64,000 nt of DNA from Clostridia bacterium. GTDB lineage: Bacteria > Bacillota > Clostridia > Oscillospirales > CAG-272. The notes under the pieces were generated by a model. That model saw only the letters and a program-made list of their open reading frames with translations. It did no database searches and was not told where the DNA came from. Below are positions 9,130 to 18,918 of the stretch, piece after piece. The position numbers were made by a program, and so were the translations under genes. How positions within the stretch are numbered: position 1 is the first letter of the stretch; every line of letters starts with the position of its first letter. Where the stretch lies: positions 6,321 through 70,320 of the forward strand of contig JAFTKH010000006.1 of assembly GCA_017453365.1 (NCBI GenBank), read 5' to 3'.

Positions 9130-10308
9130 TTATATGAGTCTTATTCCCGCCTTGTCATAGAAATAATTTCCGTCCTGCAAATATTTTTTCACCGCTCTTT
9201 GCATAGAGCTCCTCTCGGGGAGCGCTTCGGCAGGTGTTCCCTGCTCTACACCGAAGAGGTACATATATGCTCCGTGCTGGTTGCCCTTCGTCGGTATGCC
9301 AACGAACATATCGGCAAGCCTCGTTATGTTGGTATCCCTGCCCATAATGTCGCGAAGGCGCTTTTCAAGAACCCAAGAATGTGCAAAGTAGCCCTTCACC
9401 TCCACATCGGGATAATATTGGGGGAAAAATTCGTCAGCTGCCGCGAACGAAGCCTGCACAAGCTCGAAATTAAACGGCTCGCTATTCGTTATATGTATCG
9501 CAAGAACGGTGTCCCCTCGCTTAAGAGGCTCACTGTAGCCCACGAGTGTTACGGGCTCGGGATCAACCTCGCCGTACCTATTCGCTCTGTAGCCCGTGAC
9601 TGCATTTCCTTCTTCCTTAATGTCCGCGAAATACTTTCCTTCCTCGTCACACTGGCCGAGCGAGCCGAATAACATCCCCTTTTTATGCATATCAACACCA
9701 TCCATAAGGACCGCGACGTCATCTCCCTTTCTAAAAACTCTTACGGGAGAGGAAAACTTAATGAACTGATACTGTAATCTTCCGACGCGGATAATCTCAC
9801 CGTGAAGGAAAAGAGAATACCAGCCGACGTATCCGCGAGTTCCGTATCTGCCGTTAAATTCAAAATATGCTATCATTTCAGACTCTATACCACCGAGGGT
9901 ATCGGATATTATTTCTAGCGGCAGGTTTCTTTTCTCGAGTCTCGCTATTGCGTCCTCGAGATGCGAAAGTATCGCGTAGGTGACCGAGTGGTCGGTTTCG
10001 ACACAGCCTCTATCAGGCAAGGAGAGAAGCTTATTAAAGGGAACTTTGTCCGCTATTACCTCTCGGGCAATATAATTGTATAGAACGAGGTCGGGGTTTT
10101 TCTGAATTATCTCTCCGGCCTCCAGCACTCGGTCGAGGAGTGTTCTGAAAATATTGTATTTTTTGTTTATCCTGCGAAGCCTGTCGGAGTCGAAGATGCG
10201 AAGCCCCTCACTCCGATAGTGCTTAAGCCCGCGCTCATAGTAAGGAAGAAGACCTTCCGAATATTCTATCCCCAGCCTTTCGCAAAATTCCATCGCTTGT
10301 TTTTTCAT
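9130..10308 (-). CDS. Uncharacterised protein, possibly of the 'acyltransferase domain-containing' (GNAT-like C-terminal domain) family
   Basis: 392-aa ORF whose ATG overlaps the addA stop (ATGA at 10305-10308). The family assignment comes only from my recollection of similar Clostridial proteins. Confidence 0.55.
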   Translation of the reverse strand: MKKQAMEFCERLGIEYSEGLLPYYERGLKHYRSEGLRIFDSDRLRRINKKYNIFRTLLDRVLEAGEIIQKNPDLVLYNYIAREVIADKVPFNKLLSLPDRGCVETDHSVTYAILSHLEDAIARLEKRNLPLEIISDTLGGIESEMIAYFEFNGRYGTRGYVGWYSLFLHGEIIRVGRLQYQFIKFSSPVRVFRKGDDVAVLMDGVDMHKKGMLFGSLGQCDEEGKYFADIKEEGNAVTGYRANRYGEVDPEPVTLVGYSEPLKRGDTVLAIHITNSEPFNFELVQASFAAADEFFPQYYPDVEVKGYFAHSWVLEKRLRDIMGRDTNITRLADMFVGIPTKGNQHGAYMYLFGVEQGTPAEALPERSSMQRAVKKYLQDGNYFYDKAGIRLI

Positions 10309-13300
10309 TCCGTTTGACCTTTCTGAAAGCTTATTTTCATATCAACGGTATCGCCAAGAGGCATAGAATATACCTCACACCTCTCGGGATATTTACCGAA
10401 CATAATCTTCACCGCCTCAGCGTAGTAGCCCAGCTGACGTGCGTGCGCCCTGCGGAGCTTCTCCTCTGCGAGCGTACGGTTTGAAAGCTCCGAGCGCGTG
10501 AGCCTGTCGGTTTTATAGTCCAAGAGGTAAAGTCTGCCGTCCGCGTCCTCTATAAGACAGTCTATAACTCCCTGCACAAGAATTCCCTCGCCCGCAAACG
10601 CTTCGCGAGCCTCGCTCTCCGTCGCGAAGAGCTCCGCAGGGAGAATTACGTTAAATCTGAACTCGCGATAAAGCTTCTTCGCTCCCCTCATTCTCTCAAA
10701 AAGGCGCGAGTACAAAAACAATTCAACCTCTTCAAGCCTAACGAGCTCTCGGTCAGTCTCGGAGAGAAACCTGTCCCGAACGAGCGCATCGAGCTCCGCG
10801 CGAGCGCCAAACTTCGAAAGCCGCTCAAGGTCGCAGAACTGCAAGAGCATATGCGTGGCAATTCCCCGCGCCTTCGCATCCTGCGAGCTATCCTTTTTTA
10901 TAAACTCGGGAGCACGTCCGAGCGGCGATAGGCGCCAGTCCTCGCCGGGCTCCGAAAGGTCAAGAGCCTCCCTGTTATTACCGTCGAGTATTTCGGGATA
11001 TAGTCTCGACACAGACACCTTCTCGGGAAGACCGGTTCTGTGGACCCTCGGATAAACGAAGGTAAACCTTCTGACAAGCTCCGCGGAAAGTCCTTCTATA
11101 CCCTCCGCCACAGCTTCGCCGGAAACGGATGCAAAGTCATCTCGGACACGCGGCGAAAGCTCTTCACCGTGAAGAAAATCCTCCGTACCGAGGACACGGC
11201 ATCCGTGACCTGCGAGTATCATCTCAAGGAACGAGCCTAGAGAATAGACCGAGTAGTCGTCGAGATATTCGCGCTTAACCGCTACGTCCGCGAGAAACGC
11301 CTCGCGCCCCTTCCTTGCCGTCGCGACAACGTAAAGCTGCTCGCGTGCGCGCGTTAGAGCGACGTAGAGCACTCTCGCCTCTTCCTCTATGCGCAAACGG
11401 GCGGAACGCTCGTTTATTATTGCCTTCGTCGGGTTTTCAACAAGGGCAAGCGCCGACGGCGTTCTCGCATACATTCCGAGACCGAAGTCCTCGCTGTATA
11501 CGTACCTCGGTGCTGTGCCGCGAGAGCGGTTGAAGCTCTCCTCCGCTCCCACGAAGAATACAATCGGAAATTCAAGTCCCTTCGAGGAATGAGCGGTTAT
11601 TATCTTCACGGCGTCGGCGCTCTTCGGCGCCTCACGCTTGTCGAAGGAGTTTTTCCTGTCTATGACGCTGCCGATATAGTTAAGGAAATTGTAAAGGCCG
11701 AGATAGGAGCCGCTCTCAAAGCGTCTGGCATTCTCGTACAGGAGCATAAGATTATCTCCGCCGCCCGCCGACTCCGCAAGCGAGAGAAGCCCGGTATCCT
11801 GAAAAAGGAAGGAGATAAGCTCGTCGGTCGCGAGAGAGGCGGAAAGCTCCCTGTAATAATCGAGCTTACGAAGAAAGTGCGCACCGCGCTCATAATCGGG
11901 ATTCTCTTCACTGTAATGAACAAGACTCTCGTAAAGCGTGTCGCCGCTCGCCGTGCGTATCATAACGAGCTCGTCGGGCGTGAAGCCGTAAAGGGGCGAG
12001 CACATAAGCCCTGCGAGATACACGTCGCGCCTCGGATTATCTACAGAAAACAGCAACGAAAGGGCAAGGAGCACCTCGCGGTCGAGGAAGAAGCGTGCAT
12101 CGTCCGCACACGCCGCGCTTATTCCCTCTGCTTCGAGCGCCCTTTTGTATATCCCCTCGCGGCTCCGGGCGTTTCTCATAATTATAGCGATATCCGAGGG
12201 CGCGACGGGGTGGCCGCCGTCTAGCGTGCCGCTGTCAAGAAGCTCTCTGATTTTCTTTGCAACCACGGTGGCGGTTATCTCCGCCTCCTTCATCTCGGGT
12301 GGGAAATCCGCGCGGTCGGCAAGGCATATCTCTGGATATCTGTACTCGGGCTCTCCACCCTCATGTATTTTCGCGTAAGTAAGCCTGTCGTCGGAAGCAT
12401 ATCCTATGCTATCGCGAAGGCGGAAGAAAAGCGTATCGAAAATATCGTTGACAAAATCTATAACACCCCTGTCACACCTGAAATTATCCGACATAAATAT
12501 CGACGCACCGGGCTGCTCTGCGTCGGGGTCTATCCTCGGCAGACTCTTTTTTAAGTCTGCAAATATCTCTGTATCCGCGCTTCTGAAGCCGTAGATGCTC
12601 TGCTTTATATCCCCGACCATAAAGCGCACGCCCTCCGAGGATATGGCCTCAAAAATTTTGTTTTGCAGTGCGTTGACGTCCTGATACTCGTCGATGTATA
12701 CCGCACTGTAATTTTCACGCTCCGCGCGCGCCACGTCGGTAAGCTCACCGCCCTGCCATAGGCACAGGTAGGCATATCTTTCGATATCCGAGTATTCAAG
12801 TATTCCGCGCCTTCCCTTCTCTAGGGCAAGGAGCGTGTCAAATCTACGAAGCACCGAAAGCAGTGTCGAAAGCTCGCGATAGAGGTCACGGTAAGCGACC
12901 CTTATATCCTCTTCGGTATAGGAGAAATACTTCGTATATCTTTCCTTGATATCGTCCTTCATTCTCGCGCGGAGCTGTGTCACAGGCGGAAGAGTCGGGT
13001 CACGTCTCGCGGGAGTCACGGGAAATTCGTGCTCCGACAGTATACCCGAGAGTACGGAGTAGCTATCCGTTCCCATTATCCGGTCGAGAAGCTCAACATC
13101 CGAGCGAAGGACAGCGAGTGTCTTTTCAAGTTTCGCATCTCCCCTGCCGTCCAGCTCGCGAAGGAGAGAGGAGAGGGTGCTTCTATGAGATGCGGCCGCC
13201 TCGTGCAAACGAGCTATCGCATATCCACCGAGCCTCGTTTTCTCAAACAAGGTGTATTTTTTCGGGTCGTACTCCTCGACAAGCGAGCTTATCGACTCGA

Positions 13301-13880
13301 CACCCTCGGGCGAGGTGAGCGTCGAATTGTAAAGTGACAATATAACTGCCGAAAGCTCCCCCTCGCTCCTCGTATCGGTCATGCAGTCGGCGAGTCTCTC
13401 AAACGCCTCAGGCGTCGCGCACTCCTCGTGCCCCTCATAAATCGACGAAATCAGTCCGTCGAGAATGCCCTCGGCAAGAATTTCAGCCTCTGCGGTGTCG
13501 GCTATACGGAAGGTAGGGCTGACACCCACTCTGTCGCAGTTTTCGCGAAGGAGCGACGAGCAAAAGGAGTCTATGGTGCATATTTTTGCCGACGGCAAAA
13601 GGTGAAGCTGCCTTACGAGCTCATCGTTTTCGGGATTTTCTCTTATCGCGGCGGTAAGCGCCGCGCCTATTCTCTCGCGCAGCTCGCCTACTGCGGCGCG
13701 GGTAAAGGTAACTATAAGCATCTTATCGATGCAGACAGGATTTTTCTTATCAAGAATAGAGGAGATTATGCGCTCGGTGAGTGTCGCGGTCTTTCCCGAG
13801 CCCGCGGCAGCAGATACGAGCAGAGTTCTGTCCCTCGTATCTATCGCAAGCCTCTGCATCGGTGTCCAATTCCGTGCCAT
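10305..13880 (-). CDS. addA: ATP-dependent helicase/nuclease subunit A (AddA/RexA type)
   Basis: UvrD-type Walker A (AAAGSGKT), helicase motifs (DEYQD, GD.KQSIY.FR) and a C-terminal RecB-type nuclease motif (GVIDCL...LLDYKTD). 1191 aa. Strong RBS AAGGAG. Confidence 0.9.
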   Translation of the reverse strand: MARNWTPMQRLAIDTRDRTLLVSAAAGSGKTATLTERIISSILDKKNPVCIDKMLIVTFTRAAVGELRERIGAALTAAIRENPENDELVRQLHLLPSAKICTIDSFCSSLLRENCDRVGVSPTFRIADTAEAEILAEGILDGLISSIYEGHEECATPEAFERLADCMTDTRSEGELSAVILSLYNSTLTSPEGVESISSLVEEYDPKKYTLFEKTRLGGYAIARLHEAAASHRSTLSSLLRELDGRGDAKLEKTLAVLRSDVELLDRIMGTDSYSVLSGILSEHEFPVTPARRDPTLPPVTQLRARMKDDIKERYTKYFSYTEEDIRVAYRDLYRELSTLLSVLRRFDTLLALEKGRRGILEYSDIERYAYLCLWQGGELTDVARAERENYSAVYIDEYQDVNALQNKIFEAISSEGVRFMVGDIKQSIYGFRSADTEIFADLKKSLPRIDPDAEQPGASIFMSDNFRCDRGVIDFVNDIFDTLFFRLRDSIGYASDDRLTYAKIHEGGEPEYRYPEICLADRADFPPEMKEAEITATVVAKKIRELLDSGTLDGGHPVAPSDIAIIMRNARSREGIYKRALEAEGISAACADDARFFLDREVLLALSLLFSVDNPRRDVYLAGLMCSPLYGFTPDELVMIRTASGDTLYESLVHYSEENPDYERGAHFLRKLDYYRELSASLATDELISFLFQDTGLLSLAESAGGGDNLMLLYENARRFESGSYLGLYNFLNYIGSVIDRKNSFDKREAPKSADAVKIITAHSSKGLEFPIVFFVGAEESFNRSRGTAPRYVYSEDFGLGMYARTPSALALVENPTKAIINERSARLRIEEEARVLYVALTRAREQLYVVATARKGREAFLADVAVKREYLDDYSVYSLGSFLEMILAGHGCRVLGTEDFLHGEELSPRVRDDFASVSGEAVAEGIEGLSAELVRRFTFVYPRVHRTGLPEKVSVSRLYPEILDGNNREALDLSEPGEDWRLSPLGRAPEFIKKDSSQDAKARGIATHMLLQFCDLERLSKFGARAELDALVRDRFLSETDRELVRLEEVELFLYSRLFERMRGAKKLYREFRFNVILPAELFATESEAREAFAGEGILVQGVIDCLIEDADGRLYLLDYKTDRLTRSELSNRTLAEEKLRRAHARQLGYYAEAVKIMFGKYPERCEVYSMPLGDTVDMKISFQKGQTE

Positions 13881-13914
13881 AGTTTTTTCTCCTTCTTTTC
13901 AAATAGGTTAAATT

Positions 13915-13946
13915 AGTCGATGCTTTAACGCCGTATTGCGTAATTT
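13915..13946. repeat. Direct repeat copy 1 (26 nt exact, 32 nt with 1 mismatch)
   Basis: AGTCGATGCTTTAACGCCGTATTGCG at 13915-13940 is identical to 14040-14065, and AATTT follows after one mismatch in both copies. Confidence 0.9.
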
Positions 13947-14039
13947 GTCTAATTCGGGAGCCGGTGATAAGAAATTTCGCAAGACAAGGCAAAGCAAGCG
14001 CGAAGCCCGAAGGCGTAGATAACTACGGCGAGGGCGACA

Positions 14040-14071
14040 AGTCGATGCTTTAACGCCGTATTGCGGAATTT
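14040..14071. repeat. Direct repeat copy 2, abutting the truB stop codon
   Basis: Same 26-mer as 13915-13940, 125 bp away. It ends at the truB stop (14070-14072). Confidence 0.9.
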
Positions 14072-14969
14072 ATTTAAATTGCCTAATTGGCTTAATCGCA
14101 TCTCCAGTATCATACGTCCTCACCTCGCCCACGGCAAAAAAGCCGTCCTTATCGTAGAGCCTCACTGTCGTGCCGACGGGGTAATTTTCGTTTATCTTCC
14201 TCTCGTATATCTCGAGCCCCGAATGAGCAAGGCGGGCAAAGAAATCAGGAAGCCTTACTATCGGGTATTTTTCAAATATTTCTTCGGTGGGTCTGATGAC
14301 GGAGAGTCTTTCCTCCTCGGTCAAGACCTCAAGCTCCTCGAGGGTATGTGACACGTCAAGCGTATACCCTGCGGCGGAAAGGCGCACGAGAGTCTTCATA
14401 ACACCGCCGCACCCGAGTGTCGCGCCGATATCCGCGCAAAGCGTTCTTATATAAGTGCCCTTCGAGCACTTAACGTCGAGAAAATATTCGCGCTCCGAGA
14501 GCCTGCTTGCCTCTATGGAATAGATATGCACGGAGCGCGCCTCGCGCTCGACGGTCACACCTGAACGGGCCAACTCATAAAGCTTACGCCCCCCGACCTT
14601 CAAGGCCGAGTACATAGGCGGCGTCTGCATTATCTCCCCAACGAAACCGTGTATCGCTGCATAAACCTGCTCTGCCGTCGGCACGCTGTCCGTGCGGGTA
14701 AGAAGCTCGCCTGTCACATCCTCGGTATCGCGGGTCTCGCCAAGCAAGAGTGTCGCTCCATAGTGCTTATCCTCGGCGAGCATAAACTCACTCGCCTTCA
14801 CCGCGCGACCGATGAGCACCGGAAGAACTCCCGTAGCAAGCGGGTCAAGGGTACCCGTGTGTCCCGCCTTATCAACGGAAAAAAGCCGCTTCACACGGTT
14901 TACCACACTCTGTGAGGTTAAGCCCTCCGGCTTATTTACTATTACAAGTCCCGAAACCGCTCTCGACAT
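14070..14969 (-). CDS. truB: tRNA pseudouridine(55) synthase
   Basis: GLVIVNKPEGLTS, catalytic-Asp motif GHTGTLDPLATGVL, YSALK, and a PUA-like C-terminus. ATG at 14969 preceded by AAGGGGG. Confidence 0.92.
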   Translation of the reverse strand: MSRAVSGLVIVNKPEGLTSQSVVNRVKRLFSVDKAGHTGTLDPLATGVLPVLIGRAVKASEFMLAEDKHYGATLLLGETRDTEDVTGELLTRTDSVPTAEQVYAAIHGFVGEIMQTPPMYSALKVGGRKLYELARSGVTVEREARSVHIYSIEASRLSEREYFLDVKCSKGTYIRTLCADIGATLGCGGVMKTLVRLSAAGYTLDVSHTLEELEVLTEEERLSVIRPTEEIFEKYPIVRLPDFFARLAHSGLEIYERKINENYPVGTTVRLYDKDGFFAVGEVRTYDTGDAIKPIRQFK

Positions 14970-15118
14970 AGAGACCCCCTTCATTTTTTCTTTTATTTTA
15001 CCATATATAAATTTAAAATTCAATAGAAACCTTCCGCATAAATTTCACTCGTAACAAAAGTTTCGGAGAGGTTGTGAAAAAAGCGCCCCGCTTTCTCAAA
15101 AAAATTCGCGAGTTGGGG

Positions 15119-15147
15119 TTGAAAAGCAAGGTACAATAATGTATAAT
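15119..15147 (+). promoter_or_regulatory. Sigma-A-type promoter for the ACT/UPF0210 operon
   Basis: TTGAAA (15119-15124), 17-nt spacer, TATAAT (15142-15147). Confidence 0.55.
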
Positions 15148-15184
15148 TCTTAATGAAGACAAAACCTACAGGGGAGTAACAGTA

Positions 15185-15454
15185 ATGAAGGCAGTTGTAA
15201 CCGTAACCGGTAAGGACAAGGTTGGCATTATCGCTATGGCGAGCGCAGAGTGCGCAAAATACGGTGCGAACATCGTCGACATCAGCCAAACGGTAATGAA
15301 GGAATATTTCGCTATGATAATGCTCGTCGAGCTCGAGGGTCTCTCGACCGATTTCCGCACCTTCGCGGAGAATATAACGAAGGCGGGAAAGGAGAGCTCT
15401 GTTGATATCCGCGTGATGCACGAGGATATATTCAACAGTATGCACAAAATCTGA
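15185..15454 (+). CDS. ACT domain-containing protein (UPF0237 family)
   Basis: 89 aa. [17 protein letters not shown] is a typical ACT beginning. It shows the conserved pairing with the following UPF0210 gene. Confidence 0.85.
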   Translation: MKAVVTVTGKDKVGIIAMASAECAKYGANIVDISQTVMKEYFAMIMLVELEGLSTDFRTFAENITKAGKESSVDIRVMHEDIFNSMHKI

Positions 15455-15456
15455 TT

Positions 15457-16815
15457 ATGCTGAATACACACGACGTACTCGAAACCATAAAGATGATACG
15501 GGACGAGAACCTGGATATCAGAACGGTAACTATGGGTATCTCTCTTTTCGACTGTATCTCGGACGACCCCGAGCGTCTTGAGACACGTATATACGATAAA
15601 ATAACGCGCTCGGCGAAAAATCTCGTATCTGTATGCGAGGAGCTCGAGGCAACCTACGGCATTCCGATAGTAAACAAAAGAATCTCCGTAACCCCGATAT
15701 CCCTCGTCGGCTCGGGGCTTTCTCCCGACGGCTTCGTTAGGCTCGCAGGAGTGCTCGAGCGTGCTGCGAATACGCTCGGTGTAAATTTTATAGGCGGCTT
15801 CTCCGCGCTCGTGCAGAAGGGAGCTACAGCGGGAGCTGCTAATCTCATCGAGGCTATTCCCGAGGCCCTCTCCACGACCGAGCATATCTGCTCATCGGTC
15901 AACGTAGCGTCGACGAAGGCGGGCATCAATATGGATGCCGTCAAGAAAATGGGCGAGATAATAAAGCAAACGGCGTATCTGACCCGCGAACGTGACTCTA
16001 TTGGCTGTGCGAAGCTCGTGGTGTTCGCAAACATTCCCGAGGACAACCCCTTCATGGCGGGCGCCCTGCACGGTGTCGGTGAGCCCGACACCGTAATAAA
16101 CGTCGGAGTCAGCGGCCCCGGTGTCGTGGCCGTGGCTGTCCGCGAGGCGGGCGACTGCGACTTCTCGACCCTCGCAGATACCGTTAAGAAGATAGCATTC
16201 AAGATAACGAGAGTCGGCCAGCTTATCGCGGCAGAGGCGGCGGCACGGCTCGGCGTTCCATACGGTATCGTCGACCTCTCGCTAGCTCCCACTCCTGCAA
16301 AGGGCGACTCGGTAGCAGAGATACTTGAGAATATGGGTCTTGAGCGCTGCGGAACTCACGGAACAACGGCGGCTCTCGCCCTTCTAAACGATGCGGTGAA
16401 AAAGGGCGGAGTTATGGCATCGAGCCACGTCGGCGGTCTGTCGGGTGCTTTCATTCCCGTCTCCGAGGACAGAGGTATGATAGATGCGGTACGCCGCGGC
16501 ACACTCTCCCTCGAAAAGCTCGAGGCTATGACGGCGGTATGCTCCGTCGGCCTTGATATGATAGCTATCCCCGGCGATACGTCGGCAGCTACGATATCGG
16601 GAATTATCGCCGACGAGATATCCATAGGCGTTGCCAACACGAAAACGACGGCAGTAAGAGTCATTCCCGTCGTGGGAAAGGGCGTCGGCGATTCCGCCGA
16701 GTTCGGTGGTCTTCTCGGCTACGCTCCGATAATGCCGCTGCACGGCGAGAGCTGCGAGCGCTTCATCTCGCGTGGCGGAAGAATCCCCGCTCCCATTCAT
16801 TCTCTTAAAAACTAG
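15457..16815 (+). CDS. UPF0210 / DUF711 (PFL-like) family protein
   Basis: 452 aa. N-terminus ...[22 protein letters not shown] is typical of UPF0210. Starts 3 nt after the ACT gene. Confidence 0.85.
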   Translation: MLNTHDVLETIKMIRDENLDIRTVTMGISLFDCISDDPERLETRIYDKITRSAKNLVSVCEELEATYGIPIVNKRISVTPISLVGSGLSPDGFVRLAGVLERAANTLGVNFIGGFSALVQKGATAGAANLIEAIPEALSTTEHICSSVNVASTKAGINMDAVKKMGEIIKQTAYLTRERDSIGCAKLVVFANIPEDNPFMAGALHGVGEPDTVINVGVSGPGVVAVAVREAGDCDFSTLADTVKKIAFKITRVGQLIAAEAAARLGVPYGIVDLSLAPTPAKGDSVAEILENMGLERCGTHGTTAALALLNDAVKKGGVMASSHVGGLSGAFIPVSEDRGMIDAVRRGTLSLEKLEAMTAVCSVGLDMIAIPGDTSAATISGIIADEISIGVANTKTTAVRVIPVVGKGVGDSAEFGGLLGYAPIMPLHGESCERFISRGGRIPAPIHSLKN

Positions 16816-16824
16816 TATAAAGAA

Positions 16825-16868
16825 AACCTGTCGAATAGGTCTATATGACTTTCTTCGGCAGGTTTTTT
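16825..16868 (+). terminator. Rho-independent terminator
   Basis: Stem AACCTGTCGAA/TTCGGCAGGTT (1 mismatch) followed by TTTTT. Confidence 0.7.
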
Positions 16869-16899
16869 ATTGATGTTTTATTGATGGGCGGATAAGCAC

Positions 16900-17760
16900 C
16901 TAAATCTTTGCCTTGAGTTTTTTTCTGTACGCGAGGGGAGTACATCCGAAGGCCTTTTTGAACTGAATGAAAAAGTAGTTCTCCGAGTTGAAATTTGAAG
17001 TTTTTGCAATTTCCGATATAGTCATATCGGTAGTAAGAAGCAGGTGTGCGGCGGCACCTAGGCGTTTTTCGTTTATCAGCTCTGCCAGCGATTTTTTAAA
17101 ATACTTGTAGATAATTCTCGAGGTTTGCTTTTTACCAAGATGCAGCTCGCTCGCGACCGCAGAAAGAGTGACCTCTCGCGACGGAGTGAGACTGTATGAA
17201 TTTATCATACGCTCAATTATAATGAGATAGCTTTCCTTCACACTGAAGTCGCGGCGGTGCTTCTTTGTGTTACCGGTGTAAATGCTGTAAAAAACAAGGC
17301 TCAAAATAGACGATGCCGCCTCGTTTCCAAGGCTGCTCTCCGATTTTATTACCTCTCCGAGTCTCGGAAGATAAATGTCAAAAGCCGGGTCGTAATCAAA
17401 CGAAAACACACCGCCGGCAGAAAAGAAGCTGCCGCAGAAAACCGAGAAATCAGAGGGCTTCTGCCCGCCTGCCTCGAAGGAAAAAAGCAATCCGTAATCG
17501 CTCGTACGCTCGGCAAAATGGGAAAGAAAGGGCGGAACGCATACGACACAATCAGAATATTCTTCCACACCATCAACAGTGTGAAGAATGAGGGGCTCGT
17601 GCCCGACGAAAAACAGCTCATACTTCGCGTGGTAATGCGGAAGCTTCGCGGCCTCGGAGCGCCGAACCTCTTCGGGCATCGTTGCAGCAGAGAAGCTGGA
17701 GCCAATGTCCGCGCTGAATTTTATATTACCAAATTTAAACGTATAGTTTATATTTGTCAT
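16900..17760 (-). CDS. AraC family transcriptional regulator
   Basis: Cupin-like N-terminal domain and a C-terminal double HTH (...ISEIAKTSNFNSENYFFIQFKKAFGCTPLAYRK). Divergent from the 17959 operon. Confidence 0.85.
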   Translation of the reverse strand: MTNINYTFKFGNIKFSADIGSSFSAATMPEEVRRSEAAKLPHYHAKYELFFVGHEPLILHTVDGVEEYSDCVVCVPPFLSHFAERTSDYGLLFSFEAGGQKPSDFSVFCGSFFSAGGVFSFDYDPAFDIYLPRLGEVIKSESSLGNEAASSILSLVFYSIYTGNTKKHRRDFSVKESYLIIIERMINSYSLTPSREVTLSAVASELHLGKKQTSRIIYKYFKKSLAELINEKRLGAAAHLLLTTDMTISEIAKTSNFNSENYFFIQFKKAFGCTPLAYRKKLKAKI

Positions 17761-17958
17761 AGCTGTTTTCTCCTGTCAAGATATCACTGTAAGTATAAAG
17801 CAAAAAACAAAAAAAGTCAAGAAAAAGACACCAAAGGGCAAAAAACACTGTAAAAACTTCACAAAAAGGACTTCGTGTGGCAGAAAAGTACCAAAAAGTA
17901 ATTGTTTGCTTTCCCGTATATATTATAGAATAGAATAAAAACGCATAGGAGCCAAAAA

Positions 17959-18918
17959 ATGATATCCTGCACAGAGTTCGTACCGCTTTACAGCGACTTT
18001 TTTAAGCATCTGGATAAAATAGGCGGACACGCCGAGGTTGAAAAATACTGGGCATACGTCTCGGAGCACCGCCTCGGTGATAAAAACAATCCATTAACAC
18101 TGATTTCATTTCTCGAAAGAGCGGAAATTCCATTTTTCGGTGCGAGAGATTATTGGGCTTTAACGCTCAAAGAGGAGAAGAGCGATTACGTGACTGCTAT
18201 TGATATGGAAAAACGCTTTAGCTCCTCTCACATGCGCCGCTGTCCGTCGAAGGGAAAGCTCCTCGAGATTACTCACAACGAGCCCTACTACGACTACTGC
18301 GGACACTGCGAGGCGATTTTCAAGCCATTACTAGCAAAATACGGTCTCACCTACGAAATGGACCTCACCCACTGCGATCAGGCGGAATGTAAATCTCTGC
18401 TGTTCGAAACGGGCAATCGCCCAACTGACGGGGAAATTGCCGCCGTGTGGGAAAAACAGGTTGACGAGATACGCCTCGATGACAATGAATATTATCACCC
18501 CGGCTTCCACATATCCTGCGACATAGCACTGCGCTATTGCGGACTTACATACGGAGATGACGAAGTTGTGAAGTTCCTTGGTGAGCACACGAGGGCATAC
18601 TATGCACCGAGAATAAACGACATAAGGGAGCGCGGACTCCCCGCCCTCGCCGATTGGCTGACCGAATACTATAAAATCGAGCGTGCGAGCGACAGACTTC
18701 ATACCGAGCTTTCGGAGGACGTTCTCCGAGTCACCGTTAGCTCCGACCCTGTTCTTGATTTTATGAGAAGCGTAAACCACGTACCGAGCAAATACCACCG
18801 AGAGCGCACAAGGACGGTGCTCGCATCGGTATGTAAGAAAGCGGACCTTTGCTTCGAGCTGCACTATTATAATGAAAACGGCGGCACAGCCTTTACCGTG
18901 TCGCGAGGTGACGTATGA
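17959..18918 (+). CDS. Hypothetical protein (319 aa) with a Cys-rich motif in the first half
   Basis: RBS AGGAG. First gene of a three-gene operon with 4-nt overlaps. Contains the motif CPS...YCGHC...HCDQAEC. I recognise no family with confidence. Confidence 0.6.
   Translation: MISCTEFVPLYSDFFKHLDKIGGHAEVEKYWAYVSEHRLGDKNNPLTLISFLERAEIPFFGARDYWALTLKEEKSDYVTAIDMEKRFSSSHMRRCPSKGKLLEITHNEPYYDYCGHCEAIFKPLLAKYGLTYEMDLTHCDQAECKSLLFETGNRPTDGEIAAVWEKQVDEIRLDDNEYYHPGFHISCDIALRYCGLTYGDDEVVKFLGEHTRAYYAPRINDIRERGLPALADWLTEYYKIERASDRLHTELSEDVLRVTVSSDPVLDFMRSVNHVPSKYHRERTRTVLASVCKKADLCFELHYYNENGGTAFTVSRGDV

Noticed and set aside
13915-14071. The 26-nt direct repeats considered as a mini CRISPR array
   Set aside because: There are only two copies, no cas genes and a 99-nt 'spacer'. 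I report it as a plain direct repeat instead.
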